Shown: positions 1 through 7,618, counted from the first letter of the stretch. The stretch: DNA of 12,456 bases from Oculatellaceae cyanobacterium bins.114 (GCA_033764315.1 JANRJA010000157.1:1-12456); one strand, 5' to 3'. Made by a program: numbers and translations. Notes: generated by a model from the letters alone, not told the origin.

Positions 1-58
1 GGTAGTCTGGAATTTGTTTGAGGTGTTCGATGAGATTGAGGGTTTGAGGTTGAGTCAT
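1..58 (-). CDS. ISAs1-family transposase, N-terminal fragment (partial)
   Basis: Manual translation MTQPQTLNLIEHLKQIPDY... resembles the L-x-x-x-[LF]-x-x-I-P-D-x-R start of the DDE_Tnp_1_assoc domain. Only 19 codons are visible. Confidence 0.6.
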   Translation of the reverse strand, partial: MTQPQTLNLIEHLKQIPDY

Positions 59-119
59 GGTTGAAGCCAATGCACCTCAATCCATTTTGATTTTTATCCC
101 CATAAATGAAACCACCCTG
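1..119 (-). mobile_element. Left end of an ISAs1-family insertion sequence; runs off the window start
   Basis: The minus strand from 119 reads CAGGGTGGTTTCATT; ISAs1-family termini begin CAGGG. An inward-reading ORF starts at ATG 58 and resembles a transposase N-terminus. Confidence 0.65.
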
Positions 120-192
120 ACCTGATTTCAGCGGCAAGGGGGACGGCGACAGCCGGGGGGTCAATAAGACGCATCTTCATATAAAAACGGTA

Positions 193-317
193 TTAGTACT
201 GCTTTTCACAGATAGGGTTCAGAAATAAAACCAAGGGGTGTGGGGGCTGCGCCCCCAGCTAGAGCTTTCACCCCTGCACCCCAAATTCCCACCCCTATTT
301 ACGACGAGTTGTACTGA
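193..317. repeat. MITE-like small element with imperfect terminal inverted repeats and a GC-rich multi-hairpin core
   Basis: 193-217 matches the reverse complement of 293-317 at 17/25 positions (AGTAC...ATAGGG). The core 235-282 is GGGGTG-[TGGGGGC TGC GCCCCCA]-...-CACCCC. Confidence 0.6.
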
Positions 318-327
318 GCGATCGCCC

Positions 328-1989
328 CTAATCCAACAAGCTGAGTTGCACCGCATCATCTTCCGCTGCATCGTGTGCTTTAGGGGGTCGTCTACGGGTT
401 TTAGTAGGGTGAGGTTTAATCTCAACATGCGCCACAAACCAGGTTCGCAGGGCTTTTGCCTGTTCTAAATCCAGGTTCTCTAAATCAAGAGCAACGGGGA
501 ACAAATCAGGGTTGAGTTGGGTTGCCCAGCCAATCTCGCTAACAAAGCGATCGCTCCCAAAAGGCACGACTGATTCTGGCAATCGCCCTAAAAACGGAAT
601 GACGTTGTCGTGATGCATAAAAATCTGGCGTTGTTGCTCTAGTTGTTTTACCCGACGCTGTCGTGCCGTTTTGTAGTTGAGAATTGGCGGTGGATAGTCG
701 CACAAACGAGGGGGCATTCCCAATTGCTCTGGTGGCAAATGAGCAACTTCGGGTACCCATTGTCGAATGAAGCCGCCTTGAGGATCACAGCGATCGACAG
801 CGACTTGTCCAGGATTGTAAATGCGCGTCCAGGTTTTATCAACACAATGGGTTACGCCCGCCTGCATTGCCCACTGGTAGTGATCAATCGGGCAATCGCC
901 ATCAATTAAATGCCGCATAAAGTGTAATGCACCATACCGCCAATCCATCCCCAATAAATTGCTCAAAAAGCTAGAGTAGATGGCTCTGACTCGAAAATTT
1001 AGTTGCTTCCAACCGCCCGTGGCTTCTAGACAACGGGCAGCGGCATCAATGATGGGAAATCCGGTTTGACCCTCTTGCCATGCTTGATAGAGATCGTCGT
1101 CAAATGCCCAATCTTCTTGGTCAAAGATCTGATAGAGCGATCGCACTTCTAACTGAGGCAGGTAGCGGAATCTCTGAGCGAACCCACTGCCCCAGCGCAA
1201 CCGAGAGATAAATTGCTGTCGGCTCCGCTGCACTCGTGGGTCTTTAGAGTCCTGTAGCTGTTGAGCGGTGTGAAAACACTCGCGCACTGAGATCGCCCCA
1301 AATTTGATGTAAGGACTCAGCCCTGATGTGGCTTCTGCTCCGGGGTAGGACAATTGCCAGTAATAGCGATCGACTTTCTCGTCTAAAAACTCGCGTAGCA
1401 GCTGTCGGGCTGGCTCAATTCCCCCTGCTGGAATCAGCTTATCGTCAGCTATTAACCCTAATTCAGCTACATTGGGCAACGGCTCACTCTGCACTGACTC
1501 AGGAACGCAAATGCGACTGGGAACAGGAATGAGATCATCCTGCATTTGCATGTACCACAGGTCGCGATAGCGGGGATAGGGAATCAGGTCAGGGGTTGTG
1601 CCTGTTGGCTCAAACCAGCGAATCTTCATGTGTCGTTCTTGCAGAGCACGGTTTAGGCGAGCATCGCGGACTCGCCCATAAATGCGCTCAAAATCAACAT
1701 AGGCATAGATGCCATCGGCTTGAGTTTCTTGTACTAACTGGGGCAATATTTCAGCCGGATCTCCATAGCGGATGATCAGCCGCCCTCCTTGTTGTCGCAA
1801 GTCGTGATCAAGACTGTGCAAGCACTCCAGCATAAAAGCAACCCGTGCCGGAGCCGTTTCAGGATGGTATAACAGAGCCCGATCGAGCACAAATACTGGC
1901 ACCACCGATCCCCGCAGAGCAGCCCGATAGAGCGGCGCATGATCCACAATACGTAAGTCTCGACGAAACCAGACCAAAGTACAGGGCAT
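328..1989 (-). CDS. Cryptochrome/DNA photolyase family FAD-binding protein, divergent, with C-terminal extension (553 aa)
   Basis: Motifs LVWFRRDLRIVDHAPL, TSGLSPYIKFGAISVRE, WQEGQTGFPIIDA, DWRYG, LIDGD, RIYNP and DPQGGFIRQWVPE. ATG 1989 is preferred over TTG 2019 because family members begin just before the WFRRDLR motif. Confidence 0.92.
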   Translation of the reverse strand: MPCTLVWFRRDLRIVDHAPLYRAALRGSVVPVFVLDRALLYHPETAPARVAFMLECLHSLDHDLRQQGGRLIIRYGDPAEILPQLVQETQADGIYAYVDFERIYGRVRDARLNRALQERHMKIRWFEPTGTTPDLIPYPRYRDLWYMQMQDDLIPVPSRICVPESVQSEPLPNVAELGLIADDKLIPAGGIEPARQLLREFLDEKVDRYYWQLSYPGAEATSGLSPYIKFGAISVRECFHTAQQLQDSKDPRVQRSRQQFISRLRWGSGFAQRFRYLPQLEVRSLYQIFDQEDWAFDDDLYQAWQEGQTGFPIIDAAARCLEATGGWKQLNFRVRAIYSSFLSNLLGMDWRYGALHFMRHLIDGDCPIDHYQWAMQAGVTHCVDKTWTRIYNPGQVAVDRCDPQGGFIRQWVPEVAHLPPEQLGMPPRLCDYPPPILNYKTARQRRVKQLEQQRQIFMHHDNVIPFLGRLPESVVPFGSDRFVSEIGWATQLNPDLFPVALDLENLDLEQAKALRTWFVAHVEIKPHPTKTRRRPPKAHDAAEDDAVQLSLLD

Positions 1990-2087
1990 AAGGGCGATCG
2001 CTCTGTAATGTTGTAACAAAATCTAAACTTTACCTATTTAAAATTTAACGTACATAAGTCGGAAGGCGGAATTCTTTGTAAGATGCA

Positions 2088-2168
2088 TTTCGACTCCCAG
2101 GCGATCGCTCAGGACAAGCCGCTTAATACTCAAAATCTTTGCTCTAGGAGGGTTGAGCGGAGCCGAAA
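2088..2168. repeat. REP-like inverted repeat pair; the left arm is interrupted by a 23-bp HIP1-containing insert
   Basis: TTTCGACTC (2088-2096) plus CGCTTAA (2120-2126) matches the reverse complement of TTGAGCGGAGCCGAAA (2153-2168) at 14/16 positions. Confidence 0.45.
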
Positions 2169-2218
2169 CTCGGCATTTAGCTCACCAGCGATTGGGCTTC
2201 TGCTGATAGTCGCTAACC

Positions 2219-2263
2219 TCCACTTTACAAGTCTCCACCTCACAAGTCCTCACCTTACAAGTC
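2219..2263 (+). repeat. Three imperfect 15-bp tandem repeats
   Basis: TCCACTTTACAAGTC / TCCACCTCACAAGTC / CTCACCTTACAAGTC, ending 9 nt before the GNAT start codon. Confidence 0.85.
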
Positions 2264-2272
2264 CCTAGTCTT

Positions 2273-2818
2273 ATGCAAGCAACAGTCACAACCTGGTATC
2301 TCGAAATGCTCAGCCCAGAGCAACTACGCCCTGCTCTCTCCAACAATCCTGATTTGCAAGTAATGCGAGCAGAGGTGCCTTCCCCTGAACTCAGTCGTTT
2401 TCTCTATAGCAGCGTGGGGGGTGATTGGTATTGGCTGGGTCGTCTCAGTTGGAGCTATGACCAGTGGTTGACCTACCTCGATCGCCCAGCGGTGCAAACC
2501 TGGGTGGCCTATTTACGGGGCACTCCTGCCGGATATATTGAGTTAGAGGCTCAACCAGGGGAGCAAGTAGAAATCGCCTATTTTGGACTAATGCGACACT
2601 TTACTGGCAAGCGAATTGGGGGACACTTATTAACCATTGGGGTACAACGAGCTTGGGCAATGGGCGCGAGACGCGTATGGGTGCACACCTGCAACTTAGA
2701 TGGACCTTATGCCCTGGCTAATTATCAAGCCAGAGGGTTTCAACTCTATCAAGAAAGGACGCACACTGAGGAACTGCCAGAGCACCCGATCGGCCCGTGG
2801 GCAGGGGCTTATCGCTGA
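2273..2818 (+). CDS. GNAT family N-acetyltransferase (181 aa)
   Basis: Acetyl-CoA-binding motif A EIAYFGLMRHFTGKRIGGHLL; motif B RVWVHTCNLDGPYALANYQARGF. Confidence 0.9.
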   Translation: MQATVTTWYLEMLSPEQLRPALSNNPDLQVMRAEVPSPELSRFLYSSVGGDWYWLGRLSWSYDQWLTYLDRPAVQTWVAYLRGTPAGYIELEAQPGEQVEIAYFGLMRHFTGKRIGGHLLTIGVQRAWAMGARRVWVHTCNLDGPYALANYQARGFQLYQERTHTEELPEHPIGPWAGAYR

Positions 2819-2887
2819 GCGCGGTAAAATCTAAAATGAACCTAAAGCCTTTGACAGTGTAGTCCTTAGCACCAATCTACAACGATG

Positions 2888-2912
2888 TGTTACTGTATGG
2901 TGCATAAGTCGA
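2888..2912 (+). promoter_or_regulatory. Putative extended -10 promoter of glgP followed by a shared ATG-N3-CATAAGTCGA motif
   Basis: TG-T-TACTGT at 2888-2896 fits TGnTAnnnT. 2890-2912 is 18/23 identical to 5661-5683. Confidence 0.35.
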
Positions 2913-2932
2913 ATCTTAACTAATGGCTATTT

Positions 2933-5437
2933 ATGCATGTAGAGGACGATCGCACTGGGATAGACGTGAGGACGCTAAGACGTGCTCTGGCTGACAACCT
3001 TTACTGCATTCAGGGTAAAGATGAGCAGTTTGCCACGTTTTACGACTACTACATGGCGTTGGCATATACCGTGCGCGATCGCCTAACCCATCGTCGAATC
3101 AAAACCGTTCAGACTCATACTGAAACAGATGCAAAGGTTGTGTATTACCTGTCAGCTGAGTTTTTAATCGGACGATTACTGATCAACAATTTAATCAATT
3201 TAGGCATTTACGATGAAATGCAGCAGGCTCTAAAAGAGTCTGGATTAAACCTGGATGACCTGGTCGAGCGAGAAGAAGAACCCGGTCTCGGCAATGGAGG
3301 ATTAGGGCGTCTGGCCGCTTGCTTTTTAGACTCATTAGCGACATTAGAGATTCCAGCCGTTGGTTACGGTATTCGCTATGAGTTTGGCATTTTTGACCAG
3401 CTAATTGCCAACGGGTGGCAGCATGAGCGTCCTGATAACTGGTTGCGCTTTGGCAATCCTTGGGAGATTCCTCGTCCTGACTACACCGTAGAGGTTAAGT
3501 TTGGGGGACACACCGAAGCCTCCACTGACCCCGAAGGTCACTATCGGGTGCGCTGGTTCCCTCGCACTACGGTTTTTGGTACACCTTACGACATGCCCGT
3601 TCCGGGTTATCAAAACAATACGGTCAACACCCTCCGACTTTGGAGTGCCAAAGCAGGCGAAGACTTTAACTTTCAAGTGTTTGACGCAGGCGACTATACC
3701 CAAGCCGTTGCTGACAAAACATTTTCAGAGAATATTTCCAAAGTTCTCTATCCCAATGACAACACTCCTCAGGGCAAGGAATTGCGTTTACAACAGCAAT
3801 ATTTCTTTGTCTCCTGTTCGTTGCAAGATATTATCCGTCGTTATTTACGTCATCACTCTGATTTCAAAGCTTTCCCTGATAAGGCAGCGATTCAGCTTAA
3901 CGACACGCATCCCTCAATTGGTGTGGCTGAGTTAATGCGCCTGTTGATTGATGAATATCAACTCGACTGGGATGAAGCATGGAACATTACTCAACAAACC
4001 TTCGCTTACACTAACCACACCCTCCTCTCTGAGGCATTAGAGCGTTGGTCGGTGAGCTTGTTCCGGCGGTTGTTGCCCCGTCACTTAGAGATTATTTACG
4101 AAATCAACTATCGCTTTTTAAGCGACATCCAACTCAAATATCCCAAAGACGCGGCTCGACTTGCCCGGATGTCTTTGATTGAGGAAGGAGCCGACAAAAA
4201 GATTCGGATGGCGCATCTCGCTTGTGTGGGAAGTCATACCGTGAATGGGGTTGCGGCATTACACACGGAACTGATTAAGCAAGATTTGATGCGGGATTTC
4301 TATGAAATGTATCCCGAAAAGTTTCAAAACAAGACCAATGGCATTACGCCCCGTCGCTGGTTGTTGATGAGTAACCCAGGGTTGTCGCAGTTTATTACTG
4401 ACAAAATTGGCGATCGCTGGATTACCGATCTGGATGGGTTGCGCCGTCTCGAAGACTATGTTGACGATCCAGAGTTCCAATCGACTTGGCGGCAGATTAA
4501 ACAAAGCAACAAGCAGAGATTGGCAGATTACATTCAACGGACTAACAACATTGAGGTGGATGTCAATTCCATCTTTGATGTGCAAATTAAGCGCATCCAT
4601 GAATACAAGCGTCAATTGCTCTGTGTGTTGCACATTATCGCCCTCTATCAGCGGATCAAAGCCAATCCTAGTGCAGAGGTATTGCCTCGAACCTTTATCT
4701 TTGGAGGCAAAGCAGCACCAGGATATTTCATGGCAAAGATGGTGATCAAATTGATCAACTCTGTCGCCGATATGGTGAATTATGATGCTGATGTTGCAGG
4801 ACGCTTAAAAGTGGTGTTCTTAGGCAATTACAGCGTTTCATTGGGTCAGTTAGCCTATCCAGCTGCGGATTTATCGGAGCAAATCTCAACGGCTGGAAAA
4901 GAAGCCTCTGGAACGGGCAATATGAAATTTGCTCTGAATGGCTCTCTCACCATCGGCACGCTGGATGGAGCGAACGTCGAGATTCGTGAAGAAGTCGGTG
5001 CAGAAAACTTTTTCTTGTTTGGTTTAACGGCTTCAGAAGTGGTTGAGATGAAAGCAAATGGATATAATCCAATGCACTATTACCACACCAATCCAGAACT
5101 AAAAGGAGTGATTGATTCAATTAGTTCAGGATATTTCTGTCCACGTGAGCCTGGTATCTTTAAAGCCATTATTGATTCTCTGTTACACAGCGATGAATAC
5201 ATGTTGTTAGCAGATTTTCAATCCTATCTTGATTGTCAGCAAGAGGTCAGTCTTGCCTATCAAGGCACTCACACTTGGACTCGCAAATCCATTTTGAATG
5301 TGGCGAGAATGGGTAAATTTTCATCCGATCGCACTATTTGGGAATATTGCAAAGACATCTGGAAGGTACATCCTGTCAAGATCAATCTCGATGAATACTC
5401 CCATGACGCGGCTGGTTTAAAGATCACCCTGTCTTGA
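2933..5437 (+). CDS. glgP: Glycogen/starch/alpha-glucan phosphorylase (834 aa)
   Basis: Motifs EPGLGNGGLGRLAACFLDS, QLNDTHP, YTNHTLL, NKTNGITPRRW, QIKRIHEYKRQ, the PLP-lysine motif EASGTGNMKF, and KFSSDRTI. Full length; an in-frame stop at 2921-2923 fixes the start. Confidence 0.98.
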   Translation: MHVEDDRTGIDVRTLRRALADNLYCIQGKDEQFATFYDYYMALAYTVRDRLTHRRIKTVQTHTETDAKVVYYLSAEFLIGRLLINNLINLGIYDEMQQALKESGLNLDDLVEREEEPGLGNGGLGRLAACFLDSLATLEIPAVGYGIRYEFGIFDQLIANGWQHERPDNWLRFGNPWEIPRPDYTVEVKFGGHTEASTDPEGHYRVRWFPRTTVFGTPYDMPVPGYQNNTVNTLRLWSAKAGEDFNFQVFDAGDYTQAVADKTFSENISKVLYPNDNTPQGKELRLQQQYFFVSCSLQDIIRRYLRHHSDFKAFPDKAAIQLNDTHPSIGVAELMRLLIDEYQLDWDEAWNITQQTFAYTNHTLLSEALERWSVSLFRRLLPRHLEIIYEINYRFLSDIQLKYPKDAARLARMSLIEEGADKKIRMAHLACVGSHTVNGVAALHTELIKQDLMRDFYEMYPEKFQNKTNGITPRRWLLMSNPGLSQFITDKIGDRWITDLDGLRRLEDYVDDPEFQSTWRQIKQSNKQRLADYIQRTNNIEVDVNSIFDVQIKRIHEYKRQLLCVLHIIALYQRIKANPSAEVLPRTFIFGGKAAPGYFMAKMVIKLINSVADMVNYDADVAGRLKVVFLGNYSVSLGQLAYPAADLSEQISTAGKEASGTGNMKFALNGSLTIGTLDGANVEIREEVGAENFFLFGLTASEVVEMKANGYNPMHYYHTNPELKGVIDSISSGYFCPREPGIFKAIIDSLLHSDEYMLLADFQSYLDCQQEVSLAYQGTHTWTRKSILNVARMGKFSSDRTIWEYCKDIWKVHPVKINLDEYSHDAAGLKITLS

Positions 5438-5467
5438 TCAAACCTTTGGTAAAATATTGTTTCTGCG

Positions 5468-5495
5468 GCAGGGGCGTTTTGTAAAATGCTCCTGC
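5468..5495 (+). terminator. REP-like stem-loop downstream of glgP (possible terminator or mRNA stabiliser)
   Basis: GCAGGGGCGTTTT-GT-AAAATGCTCCTGC gives 13-nt arms with two G-U pairs, 30 nt after the stop codon. No U-tract follows. Confidence 0.55.
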
Positions 5496-5660
5496 TCAAT
5501 ACGTGTATCCCATCAGTAATACCGTATTGCCTGAACCATATTGTTGTTGGTTTTATTGTGTTGCTCCTGTTGGAACAAGATCTCTAGCGGCTCTGGGCGA
5601 TCGCATGTCTACTCATGCCTATAGGTTTAAAGTTAAGTACCCAGCAGCTTTCAAATGGGT

Positions 5661-5683
5661 TTACACTATGCACCATAAGTCGA
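5661..5683 (+). promoter_or_regulatory. Putative -10 (TACACT) and shared motif upstream of the substrate-binding protein gene
   Basis: TTACACTATGCACCATAAGTCGA; a second copy of the motif found upstream of glgP. Confidence 0.35.
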
Positions 5684-5740
5684 GTGTAATTTAACACTTT
5701 TGTCTAGCATTTCATCAGTGTTTACCATCGGGTTTGAGCT

Positions 5741-6760
5741 ATGATTAACCTCTTTCGCCGCCGTGTTATCCGATTTCTATGCTTAGCTGGACTCGCGTTT
5801 GGGTTATTAGTAGCCTGTAATGCTCAGAAACCTTCTGCTGAGGCTCCACAACTCTCCACTCAACCGTTGGTGGTGGCTTCCTCACCGTGGCCCGGATTTG
5901 CTCCCCACTATGTAGCCCTGGCAAAAGAGTTCTTTCAAGCAGAAGACATTCTAGTTGAAGACAGTTATTTTCAAATTGCGACGGATGTCAACACGGCTTT
6001 GTTAGCAGGAAGGGTTGATCTAGCTTGGACGGGTGTTCCTGATATGGTGATCATGGCAGAACAGGATCCGTCCCTGCGATTGATTGCTTTATCGGATTAT
6101 TCTAATGGCGCAGATGGCATTTTGGCGCGTAATGTCTCTCAACCTCAAGATCTCAAAGGCAAGCAAGTGGCTTGGGAAGAATTGCCCCTCCAGGCGTTAT
6201 TACTGCGGAAGTATTTAGAAACGGGCGGATTGGCTGAGCAAGACATTACATTGCTAACTATGCCTGCGGCTGAAGCGGCTACAGCATTTGCTAGCAAGCA
6301 AGTGGATGTGGCAGTTACCTATGAACCCTGGCTGTCAACAGCGGCGCAAGAGGGGCAGGGCGAAATCATCTTTTCGTCTAAAAATACCAACATTATTCCC
6401 GTTGGTTTAGTTGCAAAAGAAAGTGTGATTCAACAGCGCAAACCGGAGATTCTGGCATTCCTCAGGGCGATCGACAAAGGAGTGCAATTTGTCCGACAAA
6501 ACCCAGACGAGATGGCAGAGATTACCGCTAAAAAGCTGGGTGTCACTCCAGAAGAGGTGCCTGCTCTGCTAGAGACTGTCAGGATTTTTAGCATGGAGGA
6601 GAATGCCACGATCGTATTTAATGCTGATGATCCTTTAAATGTGATGGATAGCATCGAATTTGCTGCAAAAACGAGTCAAGAGATCAAGCTGCTCACTCAA
6701 CCTGTAGATGCAAAAACACTCTATGATGACTCTCTTGTGAAAGAGTTGCAAGGTAGTTAA
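5741..6760 (+). CDS. ABC transporter substrate-binding lipoprotein, SsuA/TauA/NMT1(THI5)-like (339 aa)
   Basis: Basic N-terminus, hydrophobic stretch and lipobox LVAC (Cys26). Motifs SPWPGFAPHYVALAKEFF, DYSNGADGIL, DLKGKQVA and VDVAVTYEPWLS. Confidence 0.9.
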   Translation: MINLFRRRVIRFLCLAGLAFGLLVACNAQKPSAEAPQLSTQPLVVASSPWPGFAPHYVALAKEFFQAEDILVEDSYFQIATDVNTALLAGRVDLAWTGVPDMVIMAEQDPSLRLIALSDYSNGADGILARNVSQPQDLKGKQVAWEELPLQALLLRKYLETGGLAEQDITLLTMPAAEAATAFASKQVDVAVTYEPWLSTAAQEGQGEIIFSSKNTNIIPVGLVAKESVIQQRKPEILAFLRAIDKGVQFVRQNPDEMAEITAKKLGVTPEEVPALLETVRIFSMEENATIVFNADDPLNVMDSIEFAAKTSQEIKLLTQPVDAKTLYDDSLVKELQGS

Positions 6761-6793
6761 GACATGTGCGGCTTGGTTGAAACGTTGTAAGTC

Positions 6794-7546
6794 TTAAACC
6801 GCTATACTCTGCGGCAAGTCGATGAATTGTTGCATAAACTGATCGGCTAACGGTTGTACAAACGGTGTGTGGTATCTTGCTTCGGCTAACATTTGCTCTA
6901 GGGTTGTGTCTTCAATTTGGCTATCTTCCAATTCTTTCTCGATCACGGCTCCGCAACTTCGCAATGCGGCTTCATTCATCTCTAAATGAAACTGAATGGC
7001 CCATACATGCTGCTGATAGCGAAATGCTTGATTGGGGTAGCGATCGCTCCAAGCTAGACGGACGCATTTGGGTGGAATCTCAAATGTGTCTTGATGCGAT
7101 TGAAACACATTAAACTGATCTGGCAAAACCTGAAATATGGGGTCGTGTTGGGCTGTGGGCATGAGTTTTACCTCACACCACCCTGCCTCTCGTCCATTCT
7201 CACCGCGATAGACCTTAGCCCCCAACACTTTTGCCAAAATCTGCGATCCCAAACAGATGCCCAACGTAGGAACGCCTTGCGCGATCGCCCCTTCAATTAG
7301 CCCAAACTCGTAGCGCAAAAAAGGATATTCCTCATCTTCAAAGGCACTCATCGCGCCCCCCAAAATGATCAGGTGAGAATAGTCAGTGATCGGTTCTGTT
7401 AACGTTTCGCCCAAAACCGTATCTAAATAGCGAAAGGGAATGGTGTTCTGACGCAGTTGGTTTTCCAATAATCCTAATTCTGAGCAAGTCTCGTGGCGAA
7501 TCACTAATACTCGATTTTGCTGTGGCACTCGATTTTGTCCTGGCAT
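6794..7546 (-). CDS. Stand-alone class I glutamine amidotransferase / gamma-glutamyl hydrolase-like protein (250 aa)
   Basis: LIILGGAMS, nucleophile elbow PTLGICLGSQ and QFHLE complete a Cys-His-Glu triad. AGGAG RBS at 7554-7558 (-). No synthase domain is attached. Confidence 0.9.
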   Translation of the reverse strand: MPGQNRVPQQNRVLVIRHETCSELGLLENQLRQNTIPFRYLDTVLGETLTEPITDYSHLIILGGAMSAFEDEEYPFLRYEFGLIEGAIAQGVPTLGICLGSQILAKVLGAKVYRGENGREAGWCEVKLMPTAQHDPIFQVLPDQFNVFQSHQDTFEIPPKCVRLAWSDRYPNQAFRYQQHVWAIQFHLEMNEAALRSCGAVIEKELEDSQIEDTTLEQMLAEARYHTPFVQPLADQFMQQFIDLPQSIAV

Positions 7547-7600
7547 TCTGCAACTCCTGAGTCAGACCTGTCCATCATTTTTGATTTGGAATTGCGATTT

Positions 7601-7618
7601 CCGTAATCTAGATAACGG
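7601..7618. promoter_or_regulatory. Near-perfect 18-bp palindrome containing an NtcA-like site (GTA-N8-AAC) between divergent genes
   Basis: CCGTAATCTAGATAACGG has one mismatched pair and keeps the GT-N10-AC core of the NtcA consensus GTAN8TAC. It lies near the middle of the 137-bp divergent intergenic region. Confidence 0.45.

Noticed and set aside
1-7. GGTAGTC at the window start as an IS1-type terminus matching GGTAGTG at 12165
   Set aside because: Similarity stops after 6 nt, and the sequence is the antisense of the ISAs1 transposase codons for PDY.
2219-2263. Mini CRISPR array
   Set aside because: The units are contiguous 15-mers with no spacers, and no cas genes are present.
2083-2268. 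61-aa ORF ending in LTSPH-like repeats
   Set aside because: It is a translation of the inverted repeat and the 15-bp tandem repeats; there is no RBS or protein-like character.
2851-2879. TTGACA -35 box and GTA-N8-CAC NtcA-like site upstream of glgP
   Set aside because: No good -10 lies at 17-bp spacing from TTGACA. The NtcA-like site is 18 nt from the candidate -10 rather than about 22, and one-mismatch sites arise often by chance.
5627-5667. NtcA-activated promoter TTA-N8-TAC-N21-TACACT for the substrate-binding protein
   Set aside because: The spacing is suggestive, but the highly conserved first G is missing; too weak to call.
5496-5740. Riboswitch (guanidine or TPP) or 63-aa ORF upstream of the substrate-binding protein
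   Set aside because: I could not recognise conserved riboswitch motifs by eye; an Rfam search would settle it. The ORF has a GTG start and no motif.
6794-7546. guaA or trpG assignment
   Set aside because: There is no GMP synthase ATP-pyrophosphatase domain and no adjacent synthase subunit, so no gene symbol is justified.
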